This document shows, piece by piece, positions 45,100 through 54,489 of a stretch of DNA of 64,000 bases. The position numbers were made by a program, and so were the translations under genes. Source of the DNA: Shigella phage Sf13. Positions within the stretch are counted from its first letter, which is position 1, and the number at the start of each line of letters is the position of its first letter. Below the pieces are notes generated by a model. That model did no database searches and was not told the origin of the DNA. It worked only from the letters and a program-made list of their open reading frames with translations. Location: sequence record MF158040; one strand, given 5' to 3'.

Positions 45100-45318
45100 A
45101 TGACACTTTCAGAGATTGAAGTACAATTGCAGTGTGCAGGTTATTCTCAAAAAGAGATTGAAGGTATGTTTATTGCTCTTTGCAGTGGTTCTAGAAATTT
45201 GAAGGTAAACCCTGAAGTTCTGCGTAAAGTAGATATCTTTATTGCTGGTGGGAAAATTGCAAAAGATAAGACAGGCTACTTAAAAGGTGAGCACGTAGAT
45301 ATTGAGAGTTTACTATGA
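45100..45318 (+). CDS. hypothetical protein
   Basis: 72 aa; GGAGG Shine-Dalgarno. Confidence 0.5.
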   Translation: MTLSEIEVQLQCAGYSQKEIEGMFIALCSGSRNLKVNPEVLRKVDIFIAGGKIAKDKTGYLKGEHVDIESLL

Positions 45319-45524
45319 GCCACCGTGGAAGAACACATCTGGCAATGATGAAAGATGCTTCAAAGGAGACTATTAAGAACCGTAAGCAGAAGTTGTTTGA
45401 GAGGATGAACAGACTCATTGATAACACTTCTCTTTCTGGTAGTGAGAAGGTTTTCTTGAAAGGGAATCTGAAAAGTATTGCACAGGAACTTATTGACATT
45501 GAATTTTGGAGACACCAAAAATGA
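45315..45524 (+). CDS. hypothetical protein
   Basis: 69 aa; ATG overlaps upstream stop. Confidence 0.5.
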   Translation: MSHRGRTHLAMMKDASKETIKNRKQKLFERMNRLIDNTSLSGSEKVFLKGNLKSIAQELIDIEFWRHQK

Positions 45525-45772
45525 GCAGTAGAGAAGAAGAAGCTTTAGCAATCTTCAAGAATGAAGACAAATCAATAGCTTTTGTCTCAGAGGCTTGGTG
45601 CAGGGATTTGGGGTATGATTGGTATCTCTTCTTATGCGCTAAGAAAGATGTTAAACCAGTTGATGAAACCCGATTCAAAGAACTGTATAATATCTGCCAA
45701 GAGGGTTATGAAGAACATTACGAAGGTTCTTTGAATCCTGTAAATTCAAAAGCTTCAGACTTATTTTATTGA
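45521..45772 (+). CDS. hypothetical protein
   Basis: ORF track starts at TTG (45506); ATG at 45521 overlaps upstream stop and has GGAGA upstream. Confidence 0.45.
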   Translation: MSSREEEALAIFKNEDKSIAFVSEAWCRDLGYDWYLFLCAKKDVKPVDETRFKELYNICQEGYEEHYEGSLNPVNSKASDLFY

Positions 45773-45782
45773 GAGGTTTAAA

Positions 45783-46028
45783 ATGTTAAAATTATTGATA
45801 CCAGCTTTAGTAGTCTTACTGGTGGGGTGCAACCCTTCTTATGAGAATAAGGATGCCTCTTACAGACTTCCTCCAGAAATGCAAGACTGCAAGATTTATA
45901 AGCTTAATGGTGATGCCATTAGCAGGGATGTTATTGTAGTTCGCTGCCCAAATTCTCAGACTACAACTTCTTACAAGTATGGGAAGAATAGTCAGTCACA
46001 CACCACAGTTTTTGATGGAGGATATTGA
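45783..46028 (+). CDS. putative lipoprotein
   Basis: Signal peptide with lipobox LVGC (MLKLLIPALVVLLVGCNPS); GAGAGG Shine-Dalgarno. Confidence 0.5.
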   Translation: MLKLLIPALVVLLVGCNPSYENKDASYRLPPEMQDCKIYKLNGDAISRDVIVVRCPNSQTTTSYKYGKNSQSHTTVFDGGY

Positions 46029-46029
46029 T

Positions 46030-46236
46030 ATGCAGGTTCTGGTAAATTTTATCTATAAGTATGACGTTGTTCACTCAACTACAACTGTAGCACAACGTAA
46101 CCCAATAGTGCCACGAGAAGGTGAATGGGTAAGGATTGATGGTTGGACTTACACTGTAGAGAATATCATTCATAAGTTTGATGTTTGTGGAGACACACAA
46201 GTTATTGATGTAGAAATTGGTGGGAAACGTAAATGA
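46030..46236 (+). CDS. hypothetical protein
   Basis: ORF track start 45979 overlaps the upstream gene by 50 nt; in-frame ATG at 46030 has GGAGGA 8 nt upstream. Start uncertain. Confidence 0.4.
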   Translation: MQVLVNFIYKYDVVHSTTTVAQRNPIVPREGEWVRIDGWTYTVENIIHKFDVCGDTQVIDVEIGGKRK

Positions 46237-47333
46237 CAATTCTGTACAAACAAAATAAAGATGGTTCTTTTAACGTCTGGTCATGTGTTGCTGTAGGTGA
46301 TAAAGTAGTCACGACTTATGGCAAAGAAAATGGCAAGATGATGTTTGAAGAGTACACAGCAGAACCTAAGAACATCGGTAAAAAGAATGAGCGTAATGCT
46401 GAACAGCAAGCTCTCTTTGAGGTAGCTGCAAAGTATAAGAAGCAAGTTGACCGTAAAGGTTATGCTTACACTAAATCTGAAGCAGAGAATGTTGAAAAGG
46501 TCGGTGTACAGCTTGCTCATGATGCTGCAAAGATTAGCCACGAAAAATATCTGAAGTTTCCTGCTGACGCACAACCTAAACTTGATGGCGTTCGGTGCAG
46601 GATTTCAAGAGATGTTGACACAGTAAGCTTCACGGCTTATTCTCGTGAGAACACTGTTTATAACGTCCCAGCAGAGCTAATACCAGATTTGTTACTAATG
46701 CTGAAGTGCCACCCACAAGTTGAAGACTTTGATGGTGAGATTTATGCTCATGGTTGGGACTTAGAAGATATTGTATCCATGATTAAGAATGCTGACAATC
46801 CAGACCGTCACCTTCTTAAATTCTACTGGTATGATATCTGTGACAATACCAAGTCTTGGCCTGAGCGACGTGAAATCATTGACAACTCACCAATTGTTGA
46901 ACTTGGGGATGCTTGCAGGGTTGTACCTGTTCAAACTATCCGTGTTAACTCTTGGGAAGAGTTCGACAAAGCTCATGATAATTGGGTTAAGCTGAAGTTT
47001 GAGGGGGCTATGTACCGTTCAATCTCAGAAGAGTCTTTCTATGAGTGTGGTCACCGTTCGTACTTCTTGATTAAACACAAGAAGATGCACACGCAGGAGT
47101 TCATAGTAACTGCTGTCAAGACTGATAAACGTGGTCACGGTAAGTTCGTTGTAGAGACCCTTCCTAACGTCTTTGTAGATGTTTCATGGAAAACTACCCA
47201 TGAGAAGAAGCAGCATCTTGCTGAACATCCTGAAGAGTTTATCGGGAAGCCTTTAACGGTTCAGTTCCAGAAGATGACTCGTAAGGGGTCTTTGCAGTTC
47301 CCTGTTGGTCTCGTTATACGAGATTATGAATAA
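46233..47333 (+). CDS. ATP-dependent DNA ligase
   Basis: Adenylation motif I PKLDGVRC (KxDGxR); 366 aa. Confidence 0.6.
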   Translation: MTILYKQNKDGSFNVWSCVAVGDKVVTTYGKENGKMMFEEYTAEPKNIGKKNERNAEQQALFEVAAKYKKQVDRKGYAYTKSEAENVEKVGVQLAHDAAKISHEKYLKFPADAQPKLDGVRCRISRDVDTVSFTAYSRENTVYNVPAELIPDLLLMLKCHPQVEDFDGEIYAHGWDLEDIVSMIKNADNPDRHLLKFYWYDICDNTKSWPERREIIDNSPIVELGDACRVVPVQTIRVNSWEEFDKAHDNWVKLKFEGAMYRSISEESFYECGHRSYFLIKHKKMHTQEFIVTAVKTDKRGHGKFVVETLPNVFVDVSWKTTHEKKQHLAEHPEEFIGKPLTVQFQKMTRKGSLQFPVGLVIRDYE

Positions 47334-47339
47334 AAGTTG

Positions 47340-47367
47340 TTGACAAAGGAAACATAGCAAGTATACT
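47340..47367 (+). promoter_or_regulatory. putative sigma70-like promoter
   Basis: TTGACA-N16-TATACT; flanked by inverted repeat CATAGCAAG ... CTTGCTATG. Confidence 0.4.
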
Positions 47368-47418
47368 TACCCATATACAAAATATGATATAGGAACTTGC
47401 TATGTTTTGGAGGTAGTT

Positions 47419-47793
47419 ATGAAAAAGATTGTGCTATGCCTATTTGCAGCACTAAGCTTTAATGCTTATGCAGATATGCCAAAAGTTGACTACAATAATG
47501 TTAGGGTAGAAGCTTGTCAGGTTGCTCAGAAGGTTGTTTCTAAGGCTGGAGAGTTGACTAAACCAATTTCTGATAAGACAGTTCAGGATTTGACAGATAA
47601 GATTATTGACCTAAATTATCGTGTAATGGGTGATTATTACCTTGACGTATCGGATATGATGGTCACTGAAAACATTGATATCTTGAGTCCTGAGCAGATT
47701 GCTGAGATTGAAGTCGTAAAAGAGCATGTCTCTCAAGATTCAATGGATGGTGTTGAACACTTTATCACACACAGAAATTGTGTAGGTATGTAA
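47419..47793 (+). CDS. secreted/periplasmic protein
   Basis: ORF track begins at TTG (47407); ATG at 47419 has GGAGG 5 nt upstream; signal peptide MKKIVLCLFAALSFNAYA. Confidence 0.5.
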   Translation: MKKIVLCLFAALSFNAYADMPKVDYNNVRVEACQVAQKVVSKAGELTKPISDKTVQDLTDKIIDLNYRVMGDYYLDVSDMMVTENIDILSPEQIAEIEVVKEHVSQDSMDGVEHFITHRNCVGM

Positions 47794-47794
47794 G

Positions 47795-47998
47795 ATGAAG
47801 AAAAACATTTGTAGAGTTGACTATGGTGAAGTCATTGATGATGATGGCGTAGTTATTTACAAAGTTTGGGCTAAAGACTTAAGCACAGTCATTGCACATC
47901 TTGATGCCTATATCAATGGTACTCGTGAAACTGTCAGAGCAACAAACATAGACTCATTAATCGACACTTCCAGAAAACGGAGAAAGAAAGATGAATGA
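47795..47998 (+). CDS. hypothetical protein
   Basis: 67 aa ORF; ATG start. Confidence 0.45.
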   Translation: MKKNICRVDYGEVIDDDGVVIYKVWAKDLSTVIAHLDAYINGTRETVRATNIDSLIDTSRKRRKKDE

Positions 47999-48290
47999 GG
48001 TTTTTGACCCTTATGCTCCACAAGATGATTGGGAGGCAAATAGAGAGGCTGAAATGGAAAGCTATATCTGTCCAATGGATGTTGAAGAAATGAGAGAGTT
48101 CGTTTCTTACAGATTCAGAAAAGAGATTGAGAAGCGAAAGTACTCTCAAGCACAAGTTGCAAAGATTTGTGAAATATCTCAAGCAAGAGTCTCGAACATC
48201 ATTAATGAAAATGGTAAAGTAACTCTCGAATACATGCTCAGGGCATGTGAAAAACTAGGTGTAAATTTTAACTTAAGGCTGGCAGACTAA
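47991..48290 (+). CDS. helix-turn-helix DNA-binding protein (XRE-like)
   Basis: HTH-like segment YSQAQVAKICEISQARVSNIINE; GGAGAAAG Shine-Dalgarno. Confidence 0.5.
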   Translation: MNEVFDPYAPQDDWEANREAEMESYICPMDVEEMREFVSYRFRKEIEKRKYSQAQVAKICEISQARVSNIINENGKVTLEYMLRACEKLGVNFNLRLAD

Positions 48291-48291
48291 T

Positions 48292-48651
48292 ATGAAAACT
48301 CAAAATGCAATCTTCAATGACAACTTTGCTCTTGGATTTTATGGTAAACCTACAAGAGTTGAGAAATCGTTTGGTGAAGAACTCTTATCTGTTTTGAAGA
48401 GTATGTACAAAGATGGTAAGATAAAACACACTGAAAAGAAGCGAATCGCTGGATACATGACGATTGGCTCTGCTATCTCAAACATTAAACTTGAAACAAC
48501 ATGTGCTCATGATGTTCGCAACAAGTTTATAAAGGAACTTTTTGACAACATTGATGGTGTTTCTGTGAAAGCTATCTGGTTAAATGTTGATGGTACTAAC
48601 TACACAACATTCACTTTCAAAAACGAGGATATCAAATGTCTCTTCCCATAA
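48292..48651 (+). CDS. hypothetical protein
   Basis: 119 aa ORF; ATG start. Confidence 0.5.
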   Translation: MKTQNAIFNDNFALGFYGKPTRVEKSFGEELLSVLKSMYKDGKIKHTEKKRIAGYMTIGSAISNIKLETTCAHDVRNKFIKELFDNIDGVSVKAIWLNVDGTNYTTFTFKNEDIKCLFP

Positions 48652-49139
48652 AAATAAACTTAGTCTTTGGATTTAACGTTCTAAAGGGTCAAATACTGAG
48701 TCTCCCAAAGTCACCTTACCGCACTGATAAGGGTTCAGTGAAACGTGCTGCACACTATAACAACAATTTAGGTGCTTTGCAGTCTCTATATGAGTGGCTT
48801 GATGAGGATGGAAGACTCAATGAATACCTTCATCAACTTAATTTGACATTGGAAGAGGGCAATATGGTTTATAACCACCTTCCACAACTTTACAAGCCAA
48901 TGTCACCAACTCAGCAAAACTGGAATGAACGTGCTTTAGATGGGTATAGCACAATGACACACTCGAAAAGTCTGGACAGCACACCTGAGTACAGGAAACT
49001 CAGAGAGATTATCTACCAAACTATAGGTAAGAGAGTTTCAAAAGGGATTGGTTACAAAGAAAAGGTTGACTGGAATACACAAAAGTGTATAAAATTCTAC
49101 TCATTTGATAATGAGAAGCAGACATTTATAGAGGTTTAA
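48636..49139 (+). CDS. hypothetical protein
   Basis: 167 aa ORF; GAGGA Shine-Dalgarno. Confidence 0.5.
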   Translation: MSLPIKINLVFGFNVLKGQILSLPKSPYRTDKGSVKRAAHYNNNLGALQSLYEWLDEDGRLNEYLHQLNLTLEEGNMVYNHLPQLYKPMSPTQQNWNERALDGYSTMTHSKSLDSTPEYRKLREIIYQTIGKRVSKGIGYKEKVDWNTQKCIKFYSFDNEKQTFIEV

Positions 49140-49140
49140 C

Positions 49141-49662
49141 ATGCAAAAGATAGGATTCCTGTTGATACAACCAGAAGCTGTTCTATTAAAAGGTATCATT
49201 TCAAGCCATTTTAAGAACAGAAACCTCCAAGAAGGTGAAGTTCTAATTGAAACAAACTATGAAGCTGGTACAACTGAGTTTGTTGATGCAGATACTGGAG
49301 ATTCACTTTGTATTCTCCCTTCACACTTGTTCACACCGGAGTTGAGAGATTCTAAATCAATCTCTATGAAGCTGGAGTCAAGTATTGAACTTTATGAGGA
49401 TACTCAGTATCCAAGAAGCTTCAAATCTATGTTGAACATCTTCTTAGAGGATATCAAAGAGATTGTGAAACCAGAAGCAGGGAAACATATAGTAACTGCT
49501 GAGTGCCCAAACGGGACACACATAACATTTACCGGAGATTTTGGTTCAATGGAGTTTCTGAGTTTTGTACCAAAACACTTCGTAGATTTCTTATCAACTG
49601 AGTGTGATGATTTAGATTTCATCGTTGATATTCAACAAATATTTAAGGTAAACAAAAAATGA
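49141..49662 (+). CDS. hypothetical protein
   Basis: 173 aa ORF; GAGG Shine-Dalgarno. Confidence 0.5.
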   Translation: MQKIGFLLIQPEAVLLKGIISSHFKNRNLQEGEVLIETNYEAGTTEFVDADTGDSLCILPSHLFTPELRDSKSISMKLESSIELYEDTQYPRSFKSMLNIFLEDIKEIVKPEAGKHIVTAECPNGTHITFTGDFGSMEFLSFVPKHFVDFLSTECDDLDFIVDIQQIFKVNKK

Positions 49663-49931
49663 AAATCTTTGAAAAGTTTGAACAATGTTACGCTCAAGAT
49701 GGCGAGCCTTTGAAATGCCCAACTTGTGGAGGTTCAAACTTCCAAGGTGAAATTTCAGAGATTGTTGCTGGGAACATAGCTGAAGAGTACACACGCTGTA
49801 TTGATTGCAATAACATTGTATCTTTTTGGGCGTATGGTAGCTATCAACCACAACCTAAGCTGGTGTACCATCCGGTAAAAATCATCAAAGATATTGCAAA
49901 CTGGTTTGTAATTAAGGGGTTCACACAATGA
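49659..49931 (+). CDS. zinc-ribbon protein
   Basis: 90 aa with CPTCGG ... CIDCNN cysteine pairs. Confidence 0.45.
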   Translation: MKIFEKFEQCYAQDGEPLKCPTCGGSNFQGEISEIVAGNIAEEYTRCIDCNNIVSFWAYGSYQPQPKLVYHPVKIIKDIANWFVIKGFTQ

Positions 49932-50473
49932 TTCGTTTAGTATTTGCAAGTGGTAGAAAAGGTGAGTTTGGTTGCCCTAGTGGGATGCCTTGGGAACGTA
50001 ACCGTGAAGACATGAAGGAGTTCAGGAAACTTACTGAAAACCAACTAGTGGTTATGGGTAATGAGACCTTTAAAAGCCTTGGTAGAAAGCCTTTACCAAA
50101 CCGTGAGAACATGGTTTTATCAAACAACCTACCATACTATGGTATAGACTTTGATAATGAAAACTTTGTCATTGCAAAGGTTGAACCAGACTCTTTTGGT
50201 GCATTCCTTAAAAAGATTGATAAGCAAATTGATGAAGATGTTTGTGTAATTGGTGGTGCAAACATTTTGAAAGCTGCCTTACCATTTGCTGACGAGGTTT
50301 ACCATACAGTAATTTATGAGATTACTAAGGAACCGACTGTCTATTTACCTGAAGAGGGTTTCTTTGAGTATTTGCATGAGACAGAGTTATTTGCTAGAAT
50401 ACAATCTAAACCGTTAGCTGACAAATCTGGTGTAGTTAACTTTTATGTACCACAAGTAAGAGGACGTTTTTGA
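49928..50473 (+). CDS. folA: dihydrofolate reductase
   Basis: DHFR-like N-terminus (GMPWERNREDMKEF...LVVMGNETFKSLGRKPLPNRENMVLS); immediately upstream of thymidylate synthase. Confidence 0.75.
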   Translation: MIRLVFASGRKGEFGCPSGMPWERNREDMKEFRKLTENQLVVMGNETFKSLGRKPLPNRENMVLSNNLPYYGIDFDNENFVIAKVEPDSFGAFLKKIDKQIDEDVCVIGGANILKAALPFADEVYHTVIYEITKEPTVYLPEEGFFEYLHETELFARIQSKPLADKSGVVNFYVPQVRGRF

Positions 50474-50474
50474 T

Positions 50475-51374
50475 ATGTCACAAGCAGATGTAAGTTACAA
50501 AGGGATACTCAACCATGTTCTTTCTGTTGGAGAAGAACGTAAAACAAGAACTGGAAAGGTAGTATCTACATTCGCACCACCTGAGTTTCGATTTGATATG
50601 CGAAGCGGGTTTCCATTAATAACTTCGAAGCAAACATTTATGCGTCAAGTTTTAGGTGAAGCTCTATGGTTCCTCAACGGAGAAAACAAACTAGGTCACT
50701 TACGTTACAGGACTTGGGGTGAAAACGATGGAGAGCGTTGGACTATCTGGTCAGATGATTTTGAACGTTGGCTGAAGACAACTTATGCAACTGAAACAGA
50801 TTGGTTGGAAGATGCAGGTGGCAGAATCTACGGAGTCCAATGGAGAGCCTATGAAGGTCATGGAGGGGTTGTTGTTGACCAGCTAACCAATCTTGTAGAG
50901 AAGATGAAAAACTCTCCTACAGACCGTTATATGCTGGTTAATGCGTGGAATGCAGCAGATATTGCAAGCAACTCTATGGCATTAGCACCTTGTCATGTTC
51001 TGTTTCAGATTTATATCTCTAACACTGGTGAGGTTGACTTGAAATGGTATCAACGTTCCTGTGATACATTCTTAGGTTTGCCATTTAATATTGCATCTTA
51101 TGGGTTTATTTTGGAAGTTTTGTGTAAGATGACAGGCTTAACTCCACGATACCTTATTGGCACTTTTGGAGATACTCAAATCTACATGAATCATATGCAA
51201 CAAGTTTACCAGTTGCTTGCAAATGAAGATTACCCAGCACCTAAGTTTGAGATTGGTATCAACCTACACAGCATGGAAGACTTAAAACACTTAACAGCAG
51301 ATGATTTTATTGGTGGTTTAACAGACTACCGACATGCTGGTAAAATTGAAGCTCCACTGTCAGTAGGTAAGTAG
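50475..51374 (+). CDS. thyA: thymidylate synthase
   Basis: 299 aa; active-site region ALAPCHVLFQ; ThyA-like architecture. Confidence 0.85.
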   Translation: MSQADVSYKGILNHVLSVGEERKTRTGKVVSTFAPPEFRFDMRSGFPLITSKQTFMRQVLGEALWFLNGENKLGHLRYRTWGENDGERWTIWSDDFERWLKTTYATETDWLEDAGGRIYGVQWRAYEGHGGVVVDQLTNLVEKMKNSPTDRYMLVNAWNAADIASNSMALAPCHVLFQIYISNTGEVDLKWYQRSCDTFLGLPFNIASYGFILEVLCKMTGLTPRYLIGTFGDTQIYMNHMQQVYQLLANEDYPAPKFEIGINLHSMEDLKHLTADDFIGGLTDYRHAGKIEAPLSVGK

Positions 51375-51377
51375 AAA

Positions 51378-51406
51378 CAAAAAAGGCTCCCGTAAAAAGG
51401 AGCCTT
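51378..51406. terminator. bidirectional terminator between convergent units
   Basis: GGCTCC-loop-GGAGCC hairpin with A-run on one side and T-rich tract on the other. Confidence 0.55.
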
Positions 51407-51410
51407 ATAA

Positions 51411-51785
51411 CTATTTGTTTTTATTGTTCTGTGTATTTTGCTCAGTAATTGCTTGCAAAGCTGATACAGATTGTGCTAAGTTGTTAACACTGTCAGAGAA
51501 CTTATCAAGGGTCTTAGTCAACTTAGCGTTTTCTCCCTTAACATTCTCTAGCTGAACTTTCTGGTTCTCCATCCCTAATTGTAGGAGCTTCATATCAGAT
51601 TGTAAGTCACGAATAGCTGAATAGTTACCTTTTGAGTAACCATCCAACTGTTGTAACTTATTTGTGATAGACACTTCCTGTTTACCATCAGAGACCTGCA
51701 TTGTAGTGTACATACCAATTACACTGAAAATACCTACAACGATTGCACCAATATTATTCTTAAAAGCATCTTCAAGCCACTTCAT
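51411..51785 (-). CDS. membrane-anchored coiled-coil protein (possible lysis or late accessory protein)
   Basis: 124 aa; one transmembrane segment (IGAIVVGIFSVIGMYTT) then helical region; last gene of the late unit. Confidence 0.45.
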   Translation of the reverse strand: MKWLEDAFKNNIGAIVVGIFSVIGMYTTMQVSDGKQEVSITNKLQQLDGYSKGNYSAIRDLQSDMKLLQLGMENQKVQLENVKGENAKLTKTLDKFSDSVNNLAQSVSALQAITEQNTQNNKNK

Positions 51786-51979
51786 TATTTCTCACCTTTA
51801 AAAGCCTTTTCCAAGGTATCTACAAATTCATCATCAATAGGTGTATCTGTTTTACTCGCAAGGTATCTTGCAAGCTTAAAGAACACTTTTTCAATCATGT
51901 ATTCACTGAGAAGAGAAAAAAGAAGCTTCCAAAAGAATGCCCCAAGGTTTTTCATGAGGATTGCTAGAATGGTTGGCAT
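51785..51979 (-). CDS. small membrane protein (possible holin-like)
   Basis: 64 aa; hydrophobic N-terminus, charged C-terminus; own promoter-like element upstream. Confidence 0.4.
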   Translation of the reverse strand: MPTILAILMKNLGAFFWKLLFSLLSEYMIEKVFFKLARYLASKTDTPIDDEFVDTLEKAFKGEK

Positions 51980-52028
51980 TTAATCACCTTACTTCTTGAG
52001 CCAAGATGGTGAGAATACCTACTAAGAA

Positions 52029-52057
52029 ATATTAACACCATCTTGACAGTTAGTCAA
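52029..52057 (-). promoter_or_regulatory. putative sigma70-like promoter
   Basis: Minus sense TTGACT-N17-TAATAT; flanked by 10 bp inverted repeat CCAAGATGGTG / CACCATCTTG. Confidence 0.4.
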
Positions 52058-52065
52058 CAAGGTAA

Positions 52066-54444
52066 TTATGCAGTTCTTACCCAAGCCATTAATTTAATGT
52101 AAGTGTTAAGAACACTGAATGCTGCACCAGAACCAGTTGCACCAGTGTTACCACTGAATGTGTGGTTGTGAGCACCAATACCTACACCGTGACCGTGAGC
52201 ACCTACCCAACTTGTTCTCCCTGTCCAAGTTCTTGATGCGTAGAAGTTGACAGGTGTACCATAAGTGAATTGTGAACCAGTATAACCCCTAGAGGCTTGT
52301 GAACCTGAGATAGCGAATGCCCCACTTGCTGTATAGAAGCTGTTTGCATCACTTCTGAAGAAACCAAAGTCACCAGAGATTTCCATGTTACCTCTGTCAT
52401 GGTCGTGAGCACCTTGAGCGTCTGTGTACTTAGTACCATAATCAAAGGTAGTGGTTGTTCCAGAGAAGCTGTGAGTGTGCGCAGGGATATGACCAACACT
52501 TAATGCAACTGTATCAGCACCACCAAGCCCTTTCACATCGGAACCATTTGCAGAACCGATTCTAATAGTTCTGTTTGCACCCTCTGTCAAGTAAGTCCAA
52601 GTAGTGCCTGGGAAAGCTGTATTTGGGTTGACATTAGAAGCAAAGAACGTCACAATACCAACTGGATACACTTTCTTAAGGTCTGTAGAATCAGTTACCG
52701 CAGAGGCAATACGTTGGTCTACTTCAGCCTTGGTGTAAGCACCAAGTTCAGAAGGTGTAGGTTTAGCCTTATCTGTATAGATTTTAGACCAAAACTCTTC
52801 AAAACCAAAACTGTCCCTTGCCGTTCTATAGTAGATTCCACCATTTTTGTATTCGAACCTAAGCTGTGCAGAAGGTGTGGATGCGCCAATTCCAAGGTAC
52901 ATTTGGTAAACTAAGTGAGTTGAACCACCACTTGAACTTGTAACATTGTACAAACCTGTTTTTGCATTCCAAGCAACACCTGTTTCATCACCGACTTCGG
53001 TTCCAGTTCCAGAGACACCAGACAACATATATCTTGAGTTTGCAGCAGATTGTGTGTAGAATCTTGAGTCAAAGTTTGACCAATCTGTAGGCTGAACCTG
53101 ACCAGTTACTGATACGCTTCTGTTGAACATGAAAGTATCAGCAATTTCTAACTGAACACCACCACTTGAGTAGTTGTACAGGAACAGAGAGTTTGGTCTA
53201 CTACCTTCACCGTTACCAACATACCAACGTCTGTTGCCGTCTGCATTAGCACCAACAATATACAATGGCGAGTTAGCTGTCCCGCTTTGCAATGTGAAAG
53301 CCGCGTCTGTAGTAACAATAGTCTGTGGGTTAGTAAAAACGTTTGCAGCATTAGTTCTTGCAAGAACGTTCGTTAAAGAGCTTGGAACATATCTTGTATC
53401 AAAGTTTGCAAAGTCACTTGGTTTTACCTGACCAGTTACATTGATAGCTTTATTAAATGAAAACTCTGTAGCAATTTTCAAGTTAACATTTGTCATCTGG
53501 TTTGCTAAAACAATCTCAGACTGCGTACCATCTGGTTGACCCACATACCAAGCACCTGTCCCAGCACTGTTGTAACCACGCATAAATAATGCAGCATTCT
53601 CTGTAGCCGCTCTTAAGTTGAGTGCATTACTATCTGCAATAACGTAAGTCTTCCCGTTGAAGTTGTTAACCCCAACAAAGTTATTACTTGCATTAAGTCG
53701 TGCAAATCTCTGGTCAGCAGCAGTCTGTGTAAAGAATCTTGCATCAAGGTTGTTCCAGTTATTAGGCTGAACCTGTCCATTGATTTCAAAGTTCTTGTCA
53801 ACACTAACAGAGTTTGTACCAAGAGTCAACGTAGCACCTTTGCTGTTAACTAATGTAACATCAGTACCAGAAGTCAAATTACCAACTGTGAATCTCAAAG
53901 CATTATTTGAATCTCTTGCTTCAATATATGCTCCACCATCTGGTAAGATGCTTTTAAGTGTTAAACCAACACCGTTGATATTAATGATTTGTCTTGCCAA
54001 GAAAGTATTTTCAGTTTCCTTCATAGCATATCTTGCATCATTTTCAGTGTTAGTTCTCATACCTAATTCATTAGGAGATGGTTTATTAAGTGTGTGGTAA
54101 ACTGTTGCAGACCTTGTGGCATCATTTACAGTTAGTCTTAAAGCACTTGCATTAATTCTAAAGGTCTTGGCAGTGTCACCGAGAATAACTTCAGAAGAAC
54201 CTGTTGGGTCTAATAAGTCTTTTCCACCGTATCTTAATTTGACGATGCCAAGATTCCCTGTCATATCCCCACCAGTTAGTTGTAAGAATCTTTCTAGTTT
54301 GAAAGAGGCAAGGAAATTTGCATAGGTCATTTTACGGTCTTCATCACCTAGCATATCAGACCTTTTGATAATTCTTAGGTGAAGTAAATCTTCTGAGCGA
54401 ACTGTATCAATACTGTTTAGCTCACTTAGCTTATATTCAGCCAT
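52066..54444 (-). CDS. tail fibre protein
   Basis: 792 aa; N-terminal LTGGDMTGNL motif; repetitive Gly/Asn/Thr-rich body; C-terminal His-x-His motifs (GAHDHDRG, GAHGHGVGIGAHNHTFSG). Confidence 0.65.
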   Translation of the reverse strand: MAEYKLSELNSIDTVRSEDLLHLRIIKRSDMLGDEDRKMTYANFLASFKLERFLQLTGGDMTGNLGIVKLRYGGKDLLDPTGSSEVILGDTAKTFRINASALRLTVNDATRSATVYHTLNKPSPNELGMRTNTENDARYAMKETENTFLARQIININGVGLTLKSILPDGGAYIEARDSNNALRFTVGNLTSGTDVTLVNSKGATLTLGTNSVSVDKNFEINGQVQPNNWNNLDARFFTQTAADQRFARLNASNNFVGVNNFNGKTYVIADSNALNLRAATENAALFMRGYNSAGTGAWYVGQPDGTQSEIVLANQMTNVNLKIATEFSFNKAINVTGQVKPSDFANFDTRYVPSSLTNVLARTNAANVFTNPQTIVTTDAAFTLQSGTANSPLYIVGANADGNRRWYVGNGEGSRPNSLFLYNYSSGGVQLEIADTFMFNRSVSVTGQVQPTDWSNFDSRFYTQSAANSRYMLSGVSGTGTEVGDETGVAWNAKTGLYNVTSSSGGSTHLVYQMYLGIGASTPSAQLRFEYKNGGIYYRTARDSFGFEEFWSKIYTDKAKPTPSELGAYTKAEVDQRIASAVTDSTDLKKVYPVGIVTFFASNVNPNTAFPGTTWTYLTEGANRTIRIGSANGSDVKGLGGADTVALSVGHIPAHTHSFSGTTTTFDYGTKYTDAQGAHDHDRGNMEISGDFGFFRSDANSFYTASGAFAISGSQASRGYTGSQFTYGTPVNFYASRTWTGRTSWVGAHGHGVGIGAHNHTFSGNTGATGSGAAFSVLNTYIKLMAWVRTA

Positions 54445-54489
54445 TTATAAATCCTCTTTCTAGGGGCTGTGTAGCCCCTTATAAAATAA

